64,000 nucleotides of DNA from Octopus sinensis (lineage: Eukaryota). The stretch is taken from positions 72,540,001 to 72,604,000 of the forward strand of contig NC_043002.1 in assembly GCF_006345805.1 (NCBI RefSeq). The letters are read 5' to 3'. Under the pieces are notes generated by a model. It saw only the letters and a list, made by a program, of their open reading frames with translations. It was not told the origin of the DNA and ran no database searches. Shown here piece by piece: positions 40,766 through 53,227 of the stretch. The translations under genes and the position numbers were made by a program. The stretch's first letter is position 1. Every line of letters starts with the position of its first letter.

Positions 40766-41578
40766 GTATATATATGTATATGTATATATATATGGGTATA
40801 TATATATCAGGTTGTCAGAGAAGTTATGGTTTTTGTTTCAACTCCTCATCTTTTCTTTGTGAATCTAAAGTTTCATCCCTTATATTCATACGGCCGAAAT
40901 ACAGACGTCTTCTCAATGCGAAAGTCCGACAAAGCCAAGACCATGCCAAGGAACACTACTTTCAGAGCAGAATGTATGTTCCATGTGTTTCATGTTGGAA
41001 AGGGGAGGGGGAGGCAATATTTTTTGACGGGTAGTTTTTTTTTTCAGAGGGTGGGCTTTGTTTCAGTGTATGTAACATATTATAGTTTGGTGGATCAACG
41101 AATTGATGGAGGCTGCTCCAGTAAGCAAATCTTCAAAAAAAGATTTTTTTCTCTGAAGAAGTGGGAGAGTATTTTATTTTTCTCATTTTCCCTCCTTTTC
41201 TTTAAAAATAGGGGAAAACAAGAAAGATAGCCTCCATTATTTTTTTCCTTTTATACATGTTAATTATTAATTTTGAGAAAAATTTTATCATGAGATTTTA
41301 TTTTTGTTTCTGTTTTGTTTTTGCTTTTCATGTTGGGGTGAGTTTTTTCTTTTTGTTTTTTAAAGTTGAATTGCCTTTCTAATGCCAGACTCTCAGATAC
41401 GTATACTGAGAGAAGCAAAATAAAGTGCCTAGGCTTAAAAAAAAACCACAATGCCTCAGGCATGGTTTGAACATAAGACCTGCAGATTGGTTAGCCAGCA
41501 CACTAGGTGTTCACTCACCATACATCCTATAATTGAACTGATGAGTGAGTATTACATACATATGTGTGTGTGTATATG

Positions 41579-41613
<35 letters not shown>

Positions 41614-41683
41614 GTGTATGTATATGTATATGCATATGTATGTGTGTCTAAGCATGTGTAAGTATATGTGTGTGCGTGTGTGT

Positions 41684-41730
<47 letters not shown>

Positions 41731-42179
41731 TTCACATGTATGTTTGACAAACAGACATTCAGCTTCACTGAGTAATTCCAACGATGCTCAATGTGTGATT
41801 ATTAAACATACACAGGCAAGCTTATTCATAGATTATCCACAAACCACTGTTTCAGTATGTATGTACGTGTGTGTATATGCATTTGTGTGTATATGTATGT
41901 GTGTTTCTTTTGGTTATACTTTTCTAGTTTCTCTCCAACAGAGAAAAAGTCGGTCTTCAGCCCAGAAACAAATCTCATTCGTTGGAATTTCGACAACATC
42001 AACTAGATGGTCTATACACATGTGGTGTACATATATATAATTTGTATATGTATGTAATTGCATGTGTGAGAGATTGTGTGTGCATGTGTGTATGTGTGTG
42101 TGTGTGCACACATGTATAATTGTATAAGTGAAACAAGGTGGAAAAAAGAGTACTCGAATACCAGTGGTAGAGTAATATG

Positions 42180-42365
42180 CTTTATTTAAAGCAGCAGAAA
42201 ATTCAACAAAACCTGTTACTTTGAGTTTCGCGTTGCCGTTCATCGGACAGTTTTTGCTAGAATAGAACCGATATCGGTTCTATTCTAGCAAAAACTGTCC
42301 GATGAACGGCAACGCGAAACTCAGAGTAACAGGTTTTGTTGAATTTTCTGCTGCTTTAAATAAAG
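42180..42365. repeat. 186-bp near-perfect palindrome made of two inverted Penelope-like pLTR/hammerhead units
   Basis: Centre gat|atc at 42272/42273, one mismatch. Right arm reads ctgt-CCGATGA-acg(gcaa)cgc-GAAA-ctcagag-TA-acag and then AATAAAG. Confidence 0.85.
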
Positions 42366-42811
42366 TATATAATTATATATATATATGCGTATGTATGTAT
42401 GTATGTATGTATGTAGGTAAGTATGTATGTATGTATGATTTTGTAACATGCATGTTAAATTTGCATTGATACAACATAAACACAAATTTACATTTAAAAG
42501 ATACCAAAGGACATAATTTAACATAGGAATAAATCTAATATTGTTTTTTTTTAAAGACTCCTTCAACACATATACATTTAATAAACAAATCTGTGTCTGT
42601 ATCTAAGCATATATGCGTGTATTGTGTTCATGAATACAATTTCATGTCCGTATGTAGGTTTCTGTGAATTCCATGTGTCTTGGTTTGTGACTATAATTAT
42701 ATTTATATGTTTCTATATACGTATATCTGTTTTTGTATGTAAATATGCAAATATGCATTCATTCTCTCTCAGCTGCGCCATATGCAGTGAGCCAATGGTT
42801 TCTCAAATCAA

Positions 42812-43027
42812 TTAAGGCTTCTTGGATTCTGCTTTAGGAATGCTGCGGATACCAGCCACCAAGATGATCAGTGGGTACAGGATGACTCCAGATTTGGACA
42901 GGAGAGGGGCCATGGTAACAGACAAATGAGAAAGAGTGGTTCCTCCATCAGTTATTGCTGAATAGATGGAAACATAAGCAAATCCAGACCACGAGACAAG
43001 TGCAATAGGAATAAATATGGTTGCCAT
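42812..43027 (-). CDS. Retinochrome-like opsin, last coding exon (TM6-TM7)
   Basis: tttcag acceptor. MATIFIPIALVSWSGFAYVSIYSAITDGGTTLSHLSVTMAPLLSKSGVILYPLIILVAGIRSIPKAESKKP*. Retinal-binding Lys in LLSKSG; C-terminus resembles retinochrome RSLPKSDTKKP. Confidence 0.95.
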   Translation of the reverse strand: MATIFIPIALVSWSGFAYVSIYSAITDGGTTLSHLSVTMAPLLSKSGVILYPLIILVAGIRSIPKAESKKP

Positions 43028-43499
43028 CTGAAAAGATAGAGAAAAATGCAAGAATCTTTTAAGAATTACATTGATATATATCAAATTCATAGGAATAAGT
43101 TAAATTACAGTGTTTATGCCTATGCTGGTGCCGCATAAAAGCACCCCGTACACTCTGTACAGTGGTTAACATTAGGAAGGGCATCCAGCCATAGAAATCA
43201 TGCCAAAACAGACAAATGCGGCCTGGGCAGCTCTCCAGCCGGCCAGTTCCAGTTAAACTGTCCATCCAACCCATACCAGCATGGAAAAAACAAATGTTAA
43301 ATGATGATGATGGTGGTGGTGGTGGTGGTGATGATAATGATGATGCATTTCTCAAGAGCATTTTACATTTAAAATGGCCATATCAAGTCCAAATATTCAA
43401 CCTGTTTTGTGTTCAGACCAACATTGATACATCACATTTACCCTACAATGTCATTCTAAAAATGAACAATCACATAATCGAACTCTTGTCCCAGGTGTT

Positions 43500-44450
43500 T
43501 ATAATGATGATGATGATGGTGGTGATAACAACGATGACGATGATGATGATGCAGATACTAATAACGATGTTGATGATGATGATAATGATTCTTTAGTCAC
43601 CATTGCACCACCTCCTCTATGCTCGTAGCCATTATTACACTACCACATATACCACACCACTACTGTCACATTTTATAAAATCCCAGCTACTGTCACATCC
43701 CAGTACCATTACAACTTATATCATATCAACTACAACCATAACAGAATTACAGCTACCACCGTGCTACCACAACCAGTTCCACACCACCTTACTACTACAT
43801 CACACCATCTTACTACTACAGCCATCACCATATCATTACAACTACCACCTCTACAACCACTATCACCACTACAACCACCATTACAACATTACAAATACCA
43901 CTATACCTCTACTACTACAACCACCACTACAAAAACTACTACACATCTGCAACCCCACCACCACCACTACAACCACCATCACCACCAAGACTATAAAAAC
44001 TACTACACATCTACAACCACCATCACCACCACCACTACAAAAACTACTACAAATGTACAACTAACACCACCACCACCACTACAACCATCATCAACATCAC
44101 CACTACAACTATGATCACCACTACAAAAACTACTACACATCTACAACCACCACTACAAATACTACTATATCTCTGCAAGCACCACCACCACCACCACCAC
44201 CACCACTACTACAACTACAATCACCACTACAAATACTACTATATCTCTGCAAGCACCACCACCACCACCACCACCACCACTACTACAACTACAATCACCA
44301 CTACAAATACTACTATATCTCTGCAAGCACCAACACACCAATGCAACCATTATTATACTACCACTCAAACACTATCACATCCTCACCACTGCAACCACGA
44401 TTCCAACACTGCAAACACCCCACCACCACCATTATTACAATCACCATTCT
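43500..44450. repeat. Cryptic trinucleotide (CAC/CTA/CAT) low-complexity tract
   Basis: Directly visible; lies in the last retinochrome intron. Confidence 0.9.
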
Positions 44451-44629
44451 ACTCCTTTTGTTGCCAAGGGAACTGAACAACGGAGTCTAATACCTTAATA
44501 TGTAAAACGATACAAACTTGAGACATTTTAGCCAAGAGGCTGATAACTTTCTGCTGAAGTTTGCCAAGACACAATAACAAGGGGAAAGGGAAGAATAAAT
44601 CAAATGATTCTTTGGGGTGGGGGGTACAT

Positions 44630-45510
44630 CTTACACACACATACTCACACTCCCCCCACACACAACACACATGCACATACATACATACATACACTCACAG
44701 ATATACACACACATACATATACTCATAGATGCACACACATACAGACACACACACACACACGCACACACTCATACACGCATACATACACTCACAGGCACAC
44801 ATGCATACATACACTCAAAGGCACACATGCATACATACACTCATAGATGAGCACACGCATACAGACACAGACAAACACACACACACTCATAGATACACAC
44901 ACATACACTCATAGATGCACACACACATACACAGAGACACACACACACACAACACACGCACACACTCAGATACACACACATACACACACATGCATACATA
45001 CACTAATAGATGTGCACACACATACACAGACACACACACAACACACACACACTAATAGATACACACACACATACACACTGACACATGCATACATACACTC
45101 ATAGATGCGTACACACATAGACAGAGACAGACACACACACACACACAACACACACACTAATAGATACACACACACATACACACTGACACATGCATACATA
45201 CACTCATAGATGCGTACACACATAGACAGAGACAGACACACACACACACACAACACACACGCGCGCACGCACACACTCATAGATACACACACACATACAC
45301 ACTACATACACAGGCACACATGCTCGCATACACTCACAGATGCACACTCACACACTCATAGATATACACACACAAATACACACAGACACACCACATAGAC
45401 AGACACACATGCTCGCATACACTCACAGATGCACACTCAACAACACACACACACTCATTGATACACACACACCACATACACAAACACACATACAGGCATA
45501 CACACACATA
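44630..45510. repeat. Degenerate (CA)n tract with an about 105-bp higher-order duplication
   Basis: The unit starting actaatagat recurs at about 45051 and 45156. Confidence 0.9.
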
Positions 45511-45557
45511 CTTCTTAGAATTTGAAAGAAATATGAAAACAAATGATAACCACTTAC

Positions 45558-45777
45558 AGCAGTTAGCTGCTCTTCAGATAACAAATCACGGTCCTTTTCC
45601 TTCTCGCTGTCCGACATGTTGCCAAGTGCTGTCCATGCCTTGGAGACAGCATAGCAAGATACAACAATTGGGAAAGAGTAGGTAACAATAACCATTGACA
45701 TGATCAAAGACTGGAAGCTGTCAGTGGCATTGATATAAGAAATGGTACAAGAGGTTCCTGTTGGCTCCAGTCCATAC
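45558..45777 (-). CDS. Retinochrome-like opsin exon (EL2, TM5, IL3)
   Basis: ttacag acceptor, gtaagt donor. YGLEPTGTSCTISYINATDSFQSLIMSM...SKAWTALGNMSDSEKEKDRDLLSEEQLTA, including the Glu181-equivalent counterion. Confidence 0.95.
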
Positions 45778-46177
45778 CTGTAAAATAAATCAAAATAAAA
45801 GTGAATTTAGAGTATGCATGTTATGTTTATGGTGATGGCATGTGGCCTCGTGGTTAGGCTGTTGCACTCACAAATGTGAGATCATGGGATCAATTCCCAG
45901 ATAGGGTGGTATGTTGGGTGCTTGAGCAAAACACTGCATTTCATATTGCTCCAGTATCCCTTTCGATCAGTGGGAGGTGGAGAATGTTGATCTGCTTACC
46001 TAGCCAGTGGAGTAGTGTCATTGGATGGCTAAAATGATGCAAAGCGCATTGTGACCAGTGGTGTGTAACATCATCTGATAGTCTGATTGGTGACGTGATC
46101 ACGTGTGTTTATGAGAGGGACAGAGAGTGAGAGGTCATGATTGTGAAAGACAGTAAGTATATAAGATAATAAGATAA

Positions 46178-47046
46178 TAATGAAATTATTGTATACAGTG
46201 CTCAGGTGCACCACAACTTGTCAAAAAGTGCGTATAAAGTATATGCAGTAATGTACAAATGTCTGGAAAGCGAACAGTGTATGAGTCAGATACATGCTTG
46301 CGTGTAATTGGAGGGGAGAAAATCAGGTGTAATGTTGGTGAATCTCAGGAAGCATGGAAGTTTTGAAGGATGCAGTGCTCTGACAACTAACAACTGATGC
46401 TGGCAGTCTGTTCCATGCTTCAGCAACTCTTAGCGTGAAAAAATGTTTCCGAAAGTCATGGGAGCTGTGCTGTTTTCTGACTTTGTAAACAGTCCACGGG
46501 TGTTAGACAGAGGGAGTTTGAAAAGGTGCTCAGAGTTATTGTTTGTAAGATGGTTAATAATTTTATGGGTGTCTGCCAAGTCAGCTGCCAGACGTCAGAG
46601 TTTCAATGTGTCCATGCCCAGGGAAGTAAGGTGTTCAGAATATGGCAAATGCCTGATGGAGGGTATTCTCTTGGTTGCACATCGCTGAATAGCTTCCAGA
46701 CGATTAATATCCTGGGCAAGATAGGGGTTCCAGACCAGTGATGCAAATTCCAGGTGATATCGCACCATAGCTATATAAAGCCGCAGATAGACAGCCGGAG
46801 AGCGGCTCACAAAGGACTTGGTGAGTGATGCCAAGACACCCACAGCCTTCTTGGCAATTTTAGCGATCTATTTTGTCCAACGCAAATCGCTGTCGACAAT
46901 AACGCCCAGGTCACGTTCACACGAAGACTTTTTGAGATTAGTGTTGTGGAGGGAGTAAGTAGACACTGGGTTTTCCTCCCAAAATGCATGGTGGTACATT
47001 TGTCCACAGCCAGCTTGAGTTGCCAGTCCATGCTGGATATGCATTG
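46178..47046 (-). mobile_element. 5'-truncated CR1/L2-type LINE
   Basis: WQLKLAVDKC and LYIAMVRYHLEFASLVWNPYLAQDINRLEAIQRCATKRIP. The 3' end with a (TTA)-like tail is also present at about 23185-23270. Confidence 0.85.
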
Positions 47047-47079
<33 letters not shown>

Positions 47080-48299
47080 AGGAAGTGTCTTTATGGGTTC
47101 ATCAGAGGCAGGGAGTATGCTTGAGAGTGTGTGTGAGAGAAAACATACTTGTGAGTGTGATAGGAAGAGAGAAAGCATGTGAGTGAGAGAGAGAGGAAAA
47201 GCATGTTTGGGTGTGTATGTAAGAGAGGAAGAGAGAGGGCTGTAGAGAGAGAAAGCATGTTTATGTATGTGTGTGTGAGAGAGAGAGCGCGAGAAAAAGA
47301 GAGGGTGGTAAAGAGAGAGAACATGTTTGTGTGTGAGGGTGCATGTGTATGTATGGGGGGGCAGTATGTGTGTAAGAGAGTGAAAGAGAAAATGCATGTT
47401 TGTATGGGTAAATGAGAAAGAAAAGAGAGAGAAAAAACTGGTGTGTGTCTAAGAGAGGGAACACACACACTACTATTTTGGTAGAGCTAAATGGCCACAG
47501 CTAATGTACTAAAGGTTCAATATTTTTGAAGGGCATAAAGCCACCTCCTTAAATATTACTCCCCACTCAGTTGAGGGTGTCTTGTGAGTTATTTGGTGAC
47601 CTTACTAGTTCCAGTGCCAAGTAAAAAGCACCCAGTATACTTTGTAAAGTGGTTGATGTTAAGAAATGCATCCAGCCACAGAAACCATGCAAAAGCAGAC
47701 ATCGGAGTTTAGTGCAGACCTCTGGCTTGACAGCTCTTGTTTGAATCATCTAACCCATGCCATCATGGAAAACAGATGTTAAATGATAATGACAAACAAA
47801 TCAACGTACAGATGGATAGGTACATAGGTTATAAGAACAGACAAGCACACATATGCAAATGGAAACCGAAACACATGACCATATAAGCACTCACACTTTA
47901 CTCCACACAAGGACACATATGGAGACACAGATCCACATATATAGAGATGCAGATCCATACATACAAACATAGTACATAGTTGCATAACACACAAACACAC
48001 ACACACAGACATGCACACACAAGGAGACAGAGGTGCATACATATACAAACACACGCTCACACACACACATACATAGAAAATACACAAACACAAACATGCA
48101 AGCACATGAATATGCAGGATACATACATACAGATGCACGCACATACATACACATATACATATGCATACACACACATATATACATACATACACATGCATAC
48201 ATACATACACACATACATACATACATGCATAGGCACACACACACACTGACCCACACACATGCGCACAAACAAACAAAAAGGAACGCAGTGTAAATAACG

Positions 48300-48513
48300 G
48301 ACAGAGTCAAGACTATTGAAAAGGTTGCAAGACGCAATGAAAATTTTAGGAAAATAAAAATAAGAAACAAGTGATAATTTCACCGATGAGTGTGTTACAT
48401 TATAAGGCACAAAAAGAAAATGACTCTCCCCAGACACAACAGAATATGCTCCAACACATGAACTCATATAAAGAATCTTGCAAACCAAATCCAAAGACGA
48501 AAGATAATGACAC
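48300..48513 (+). mobile_element. Solo copy of the same Penelope-like repeat
   Basis: Near-identical to 62835-63025. Contains cta-TTGAAAA-g-gttgc(aagac)gcaat-GAAA-attt-tag. Confidence 0.65.
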
Positions 48514-48532
48514 AGTTTCAAAGAATACTTAC

Positions 48533-48629
48533 TCGCCCCATCCCAGAAGAGGCATGACAGCCCAGAAAGTACCAACTGAATACATAGCGGCAATCAACAA
48601 GGTGTAGTAAATGGAAGGCATTCTTTTGT
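48533..48629 (-). CDS. Retinochrome-like opsin exon (TM4); not shown in the ORF track
   Basis: ttccag acceptor, gtaagt donor. YKRMPSIYYTLLIAAMYSVGTFWAVMPLLGWGE. 97 nt, phases consistent. Confidence 0.93.
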
Positions 48630-49299
48630 CTGGAATTAGAAACAATAGCATAATTCAATATTACTCATATGGAAAACATCATGAATAGTGTCTCTTTTTT
48701 TTTTTACTCTTTCACTTGTTTCAGTCATTTGACTGTGGTCATGCTGGAGCACTGCCTTTAGTCAAGCAAATCGACCCCAGGACTTATTCTTTGTAAGCCT
48801 AGTTCTTATTCTATCGGTCTCTTTTGCCAAACAGCTAAGTTACGAGGACGTAAACACACCAGCATCAGCTGTCAAGCGATGTTGGGGGGACAAACACACA
48901 CACACACAAACATATACATATACATATATACGACGGGCTTCTTTCAGTTTCCGTCTGCCAAATCCACTCACAAGGCTTTGGTCGGCCCGAGGCTATAGTA
49001 GAAGACACTTGCCCATGGTGCCACGCAGTGGGACTGAACCATGTGGCTGGTAAGCAAACTAATTACCACACAGCCACTCCTGCACCTCTAGTGTCCTTAA
49101 GAAAGTTTGACAAGCATTTAGAATAATATATAACATTAACACAGAAAAACATTTTACAAAAGCACTACTGCAAGGGAATATGGTAATGGATTGTGGAAAC
49201 CATTGGGTCAAATTGCTGCATTTACCATTAGTTGGAATATTTCCAGGTCCTCCTGAGTCACTTGTCAAGCAGAATCCTAAACAATTCTCATCTCTGCAA

Positions 49300-49690
49300 G
49301 GTACCTCCTCATTTGCCATTACCATGTGGTATGTGGTCAACCAACACAAGCTGTCAACCCAGCCAGATTCTCAGTGAAGATATCTGCGCAGGAGGACAAA
49401 GGTTTGGGTCTTTAGGTCTCTGGTCCTCCCTGTTCTGAAGTAAGACTGCGAGACTGGGACACTGTCCAAGACCCTTAGGAGCTGCCTGAACTCCTTTCGT
49501 ACCAGGACACTTTGCAGGATTATGGATTACCATTGGTTGGATTTTGTATCCAACAAACAACACAACTCAGAAACAGGGATGCATCCTGTTACATGTATGA
49601 TTTAGGAGCACCAGCTCACACTCTTTGATCAAATCATTAGAGTCATCTTAGACTGTTTGGCCAAATCCTTAGAGCACTGGACAAAAGACC
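49300..49690 (+). mobile_element. Decayed RTE-type LINE fragment
   Basis: RTKVWVFRSLVLPVL..CETGTL...TLCRIMDYHWLDFVSN resembles the RTE C-terminal region. Confidence 0.55.
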
Positions 49691-50234
49691 AGCAGTATTA
49701 TTTTTTTGAATTCAAATCTTACCAGTGTCAACTTTATTTTCTGTTCCTTCTGAGGTCAATAAAATAAAGTACAAGTCAAGTAGCCTAGCATTGGACTCCA
49801 TTTAGTATTCCCATAAATCAGGAGTTCCCAACATCTTTCATTCTTTTTATCTCCTGGTACCTTTTTGAAGGTGGATTTACCTTCCACTCTGTTTTATTCA
49901 GTAAACCATGTGAAAAGCATTCATGTAAGCATATTATTCAATTGGTTCCTTTGATGTTGTAAATGCAATGAAACAAAGCTAGCCAAAGTAAATCAATGAA
50001 AACTCTCTTAGCCCTTTGACAACATAGTTAAATTTCAATTATCATCCAAAAAATAACATTGATATTTTCTGCTTCTGCAATACTTTTTCAGTATCTCCTG
50101 TAGGTACAATTTTCATATCTATCACCAAAAGTATTTGAATATTGTTCTGTAAGGGAATTTTTGATGAAATATGTGAAAGGAAGGATAGGAAAATATTAGA
50201 TTTATAAGCCCTAAAATTCACTCCATAATTGCTC

Positions 50235-50740
50235 ACCGGCATATGGCATTGTGGTTAAGAGCGCAAGCTAATAACCCCAAGATTCCAAGTTCGATTCCAG
50301 GCAGTAATTATTATTATTATTCAGTAACCTGAATAATAATAATAACAATAATAATTTCAGTGCCGGTGGCACGTAAAAAGTACCCACGTACACTCATGGA
50401 GTGGTTGGCGTTAGGAAGGGCATCCAGGCATAGAAACATTGCCAGATCAGACTGGGCCTGGTGCAGCCTTCTGACTTCCCAGACCCCAGTTGCACCTTCC
50501 AACCCATGCCAGCATGGAAAGTGGACACTAAACGATGATGATGATGATGAATAATAACATCAGAAAAATACCTTAGGAATGAGAACCCAGTTTCAAATTT
50601 CCCCCAGGTCACCTGATGAAGGCTGGAGAGTACATCAGCCAAAATGTATTAACAATAATGTATTAACAATAAACAAGATGAGGACAAATATCCATCAAAT
50701 GTAAATAATGTACATAATTCCTCATCTCTCAAAGATAGAA
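50235..50740 (+). mobile_element. Element with a tRNA-like head and a decayed hammerhead, interrupted by a (GAT)n-tailed SINE fragment (about 50360-50550)
   Basis: A box tggcattgtggttaag and B box gttcgattcc at 50243-50298. CTGATGA-a-ggctg...cagcc-AAAA at 50613-50644. Confidence 0.5.
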
Positions 50741-51220
50741 TTGCATGTGAAACAATTATGAAAATCTGAAAAATTGTCTTTTGTAAAAGGTGTCACTGGG
50801 GATGTCTTCACTTCTGGCTGTAAAAGGAGAGGTTGTATAAAACTGCTTTCTGCAGTTAACAGTAGTGAAATTTTTATCAGATATATCCAGTTTCCACATT
50901 CAAAGGGTTAAAAAATATGTCTTTGATGTATATTGTTGACGTCTGTATTATAAATATTATAAATGTATGTAATCATCATCATACTTATCCTCATAATAAT
51001 AATCATCATTTCTACTATAGGCACAAGGCCTGGATTATTGTGGGGAGTGGGGACAATCAATCACATCGACCCCAGTATGCAACTGGTACTTAATTTATCG
51101 ACCCCATAAAGATGAAAGGCAAAGTCGACCTCGGTGGTATTTGAATTCGGAGCGTAAAGATGGACGAAATACCACTTAGCGTTTTGTCTGGTGTACCAAC
51201 AATTCTGTCAGCTCACCACC

Positions 51221-51255
<35 letters not shown>

Positions 51256-51256
<1 letters not shown>

Positions 51257-51770
51257 GCACTGATGCAGTACCAGGCAGTGGCTCTCGTGGATTCTGATCT
51301 TAATTGATTGGAAATGTTATCATGTACATTGTTTTGTCTTGGTATAAAAGATGGGCTACAGATTTGCTTGTCAGTTGTTTGACCGTAACCAGTTGAGCAT
51401 ATCCCTTAGTGGCTGATAATATATGCATTTCTGATCATGAGCAGAAGTAGTGGGGGAGCATCATAGCCTAGTGCTGAGAGAGATTCTTAGGGGTTTAAAT
51501 AATTCACTTCTGGAAAAATGGGTGTTTCGTTCAACATCCTTAAACAACCCTTATTCAGGGACCTTTTGAGCGTGATGGGTTTACTTGACCAGAAGAAAAT
51601 TGTAACTAGGTCCCACCTGCAAGGTCATGTGCTGTTTATCTTGATATGAGATGATCATGTCGCACACATATGGTTGTGATGCATGTGCCTAGTGTAGTCA
51701 TGATGGGTATACTGGGTTACGTATATTTTACCCCAATGTCACTTTGATGGCATGCACTGCTCTCTCACTC
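51256..51770. mobile_element. About 515-bp non-coding element embedded in an (AAT)n microsatellite
   Basis: Complex-sequence block with (aat)n arrays abutting both ends. Confidence 0.5.
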
Positions 51771-52040
51771 AATAATAATAATAATAATAATAATAATAAT
51801 CCTTTCTACTATAGGCACAAGGCCTGACATTTTGTGGAGGAGGACTAGTCAATTACATCAGCCCCAGTGTTTCACTGGTGCTTAATTTATCAACCCCAAA
51901 AGGATGAAAAGTAAAGTCGACTTTGGCGGAATTTGAACTCAGAACGTGAAGATAGACGAAATGCCACTAACCGTTTTGTCCGGCATGCTAACAATTCTGT
52001 GAGTTCACCGCCTTAATAATATTACTACTACTACTACTAC

Positions 52041-52090
<50 letters not shown>

Positions 52091-53156
52091 GTTTGAAAAT
52101 TTTGGCACAAGGCCAGCAATTTAGAGAGAGTGGGGTGTAAGAGAAATACACTGACCCTAAAGATAAACTAATAATTATTTTATCAACCCTGAAAGGATGA
52201 AAAGCAAAGCTGATCCCAGCAGAATTTGAACTCAGAACACAAAGAGAAAGGAAATGCCGCTAAGCATGTTGTCCGCCATGCTAACAATTCTGTCATCTTG
52301 TCACCTTACAATGTTAACAATTAATAACATGTACTAATTATATTGTAATTGTACAGATATATTGTTTGGATTAATAAAATAATATGAGATTATATCAACT
52401 GCCATCTATTCAAAAGAATTCCTAACTATTAAGTATCAAATCACTGAGTATCTAAAGTAGTTGTTAATTTAAAAAATATTCTGTTATTGATTATTATGAT
52501 AGCTATAAAATATTGTTATCACTATCATCATCATCACTACCATTGTCATAATTATTGTTACCACCAACACCACACCACCACCACTATTACCATCATCGTC
52601 GTCATCATCATCTTCACCACCACCATCAACAGCAGCAACATCACCATCATCACTGTCATCACAGCCAACAACAGTATCAGTGGAGGCGCAATGGCCCAGT
52701 GGTTAGAGCAGCGGACTCACAGTCGTAAGAACACGGTTTCGATTCCCAGACTGGGCATTGTGAGTGTTTATTGAGCAAAAACACGTAAGCTCTATGAGGC
52801 TCCGATGCAGGGTGGTGGTGAACCCCACTGTACTCTTTCACCACAACTTTCTCTCACTCTTTCTTTCTACTTCTGTCACAAAGCAGAGGTACCATAGTGT
52901 AACCCACTATGGTGTGGTAAACTTTCAGACCCTAGTCTAGATTGTGAATCCTCTGTACCCCAGGATGGTTCAGCTCTCCACCTGTTAAAAGCCACCATTT
53001 ACGAAATGAGGATAACAACGTAGCTTTTGCACCCGTGCAACCGCCAGTTTCGCGTGTGGTGGGTGGATCTTCAAGTTGCCACACGCATTCTTAGTAGCTT
53101 AGAGTAGGCTCGAATTAGAGATTATTCTTCGTGACTAATGGCATGAGTCCTGATTG

Positions 53157-53227
53157 GAAGAAGAAGAAGAAGAAGAAGAAGAAGAAGAAGAAGAAGAAGA
53201 AGAAGAAGAAGGAGGAGGAGGAGGAGG
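53157..53227. repeat. (GAA)n(GGA)n microsatellite
   Basis: Directly visible. Confidence 0.97.

Noticed and set aside
41915-41970. Minus-strand CTGAAGA...GAAAC hammerhead-like string
   Set aside because: Three extra bases separate stem II from GAAA, and stems I and III do not pair convincingly.
43603-44476. Thr/His/Pro-rich mucin-like ORFs
   Set aside because: Trinucleotide low-complexity DNA open in several frames, on the opposite strand of a retinochrome intron, with no splice support.
52682-52756. tRNA-like sequence
   Set aside because: A and B boxes are present but there is no proper acceptor stem and it runs into a SINE body, so it is a SINE head and not a tRNA gene.
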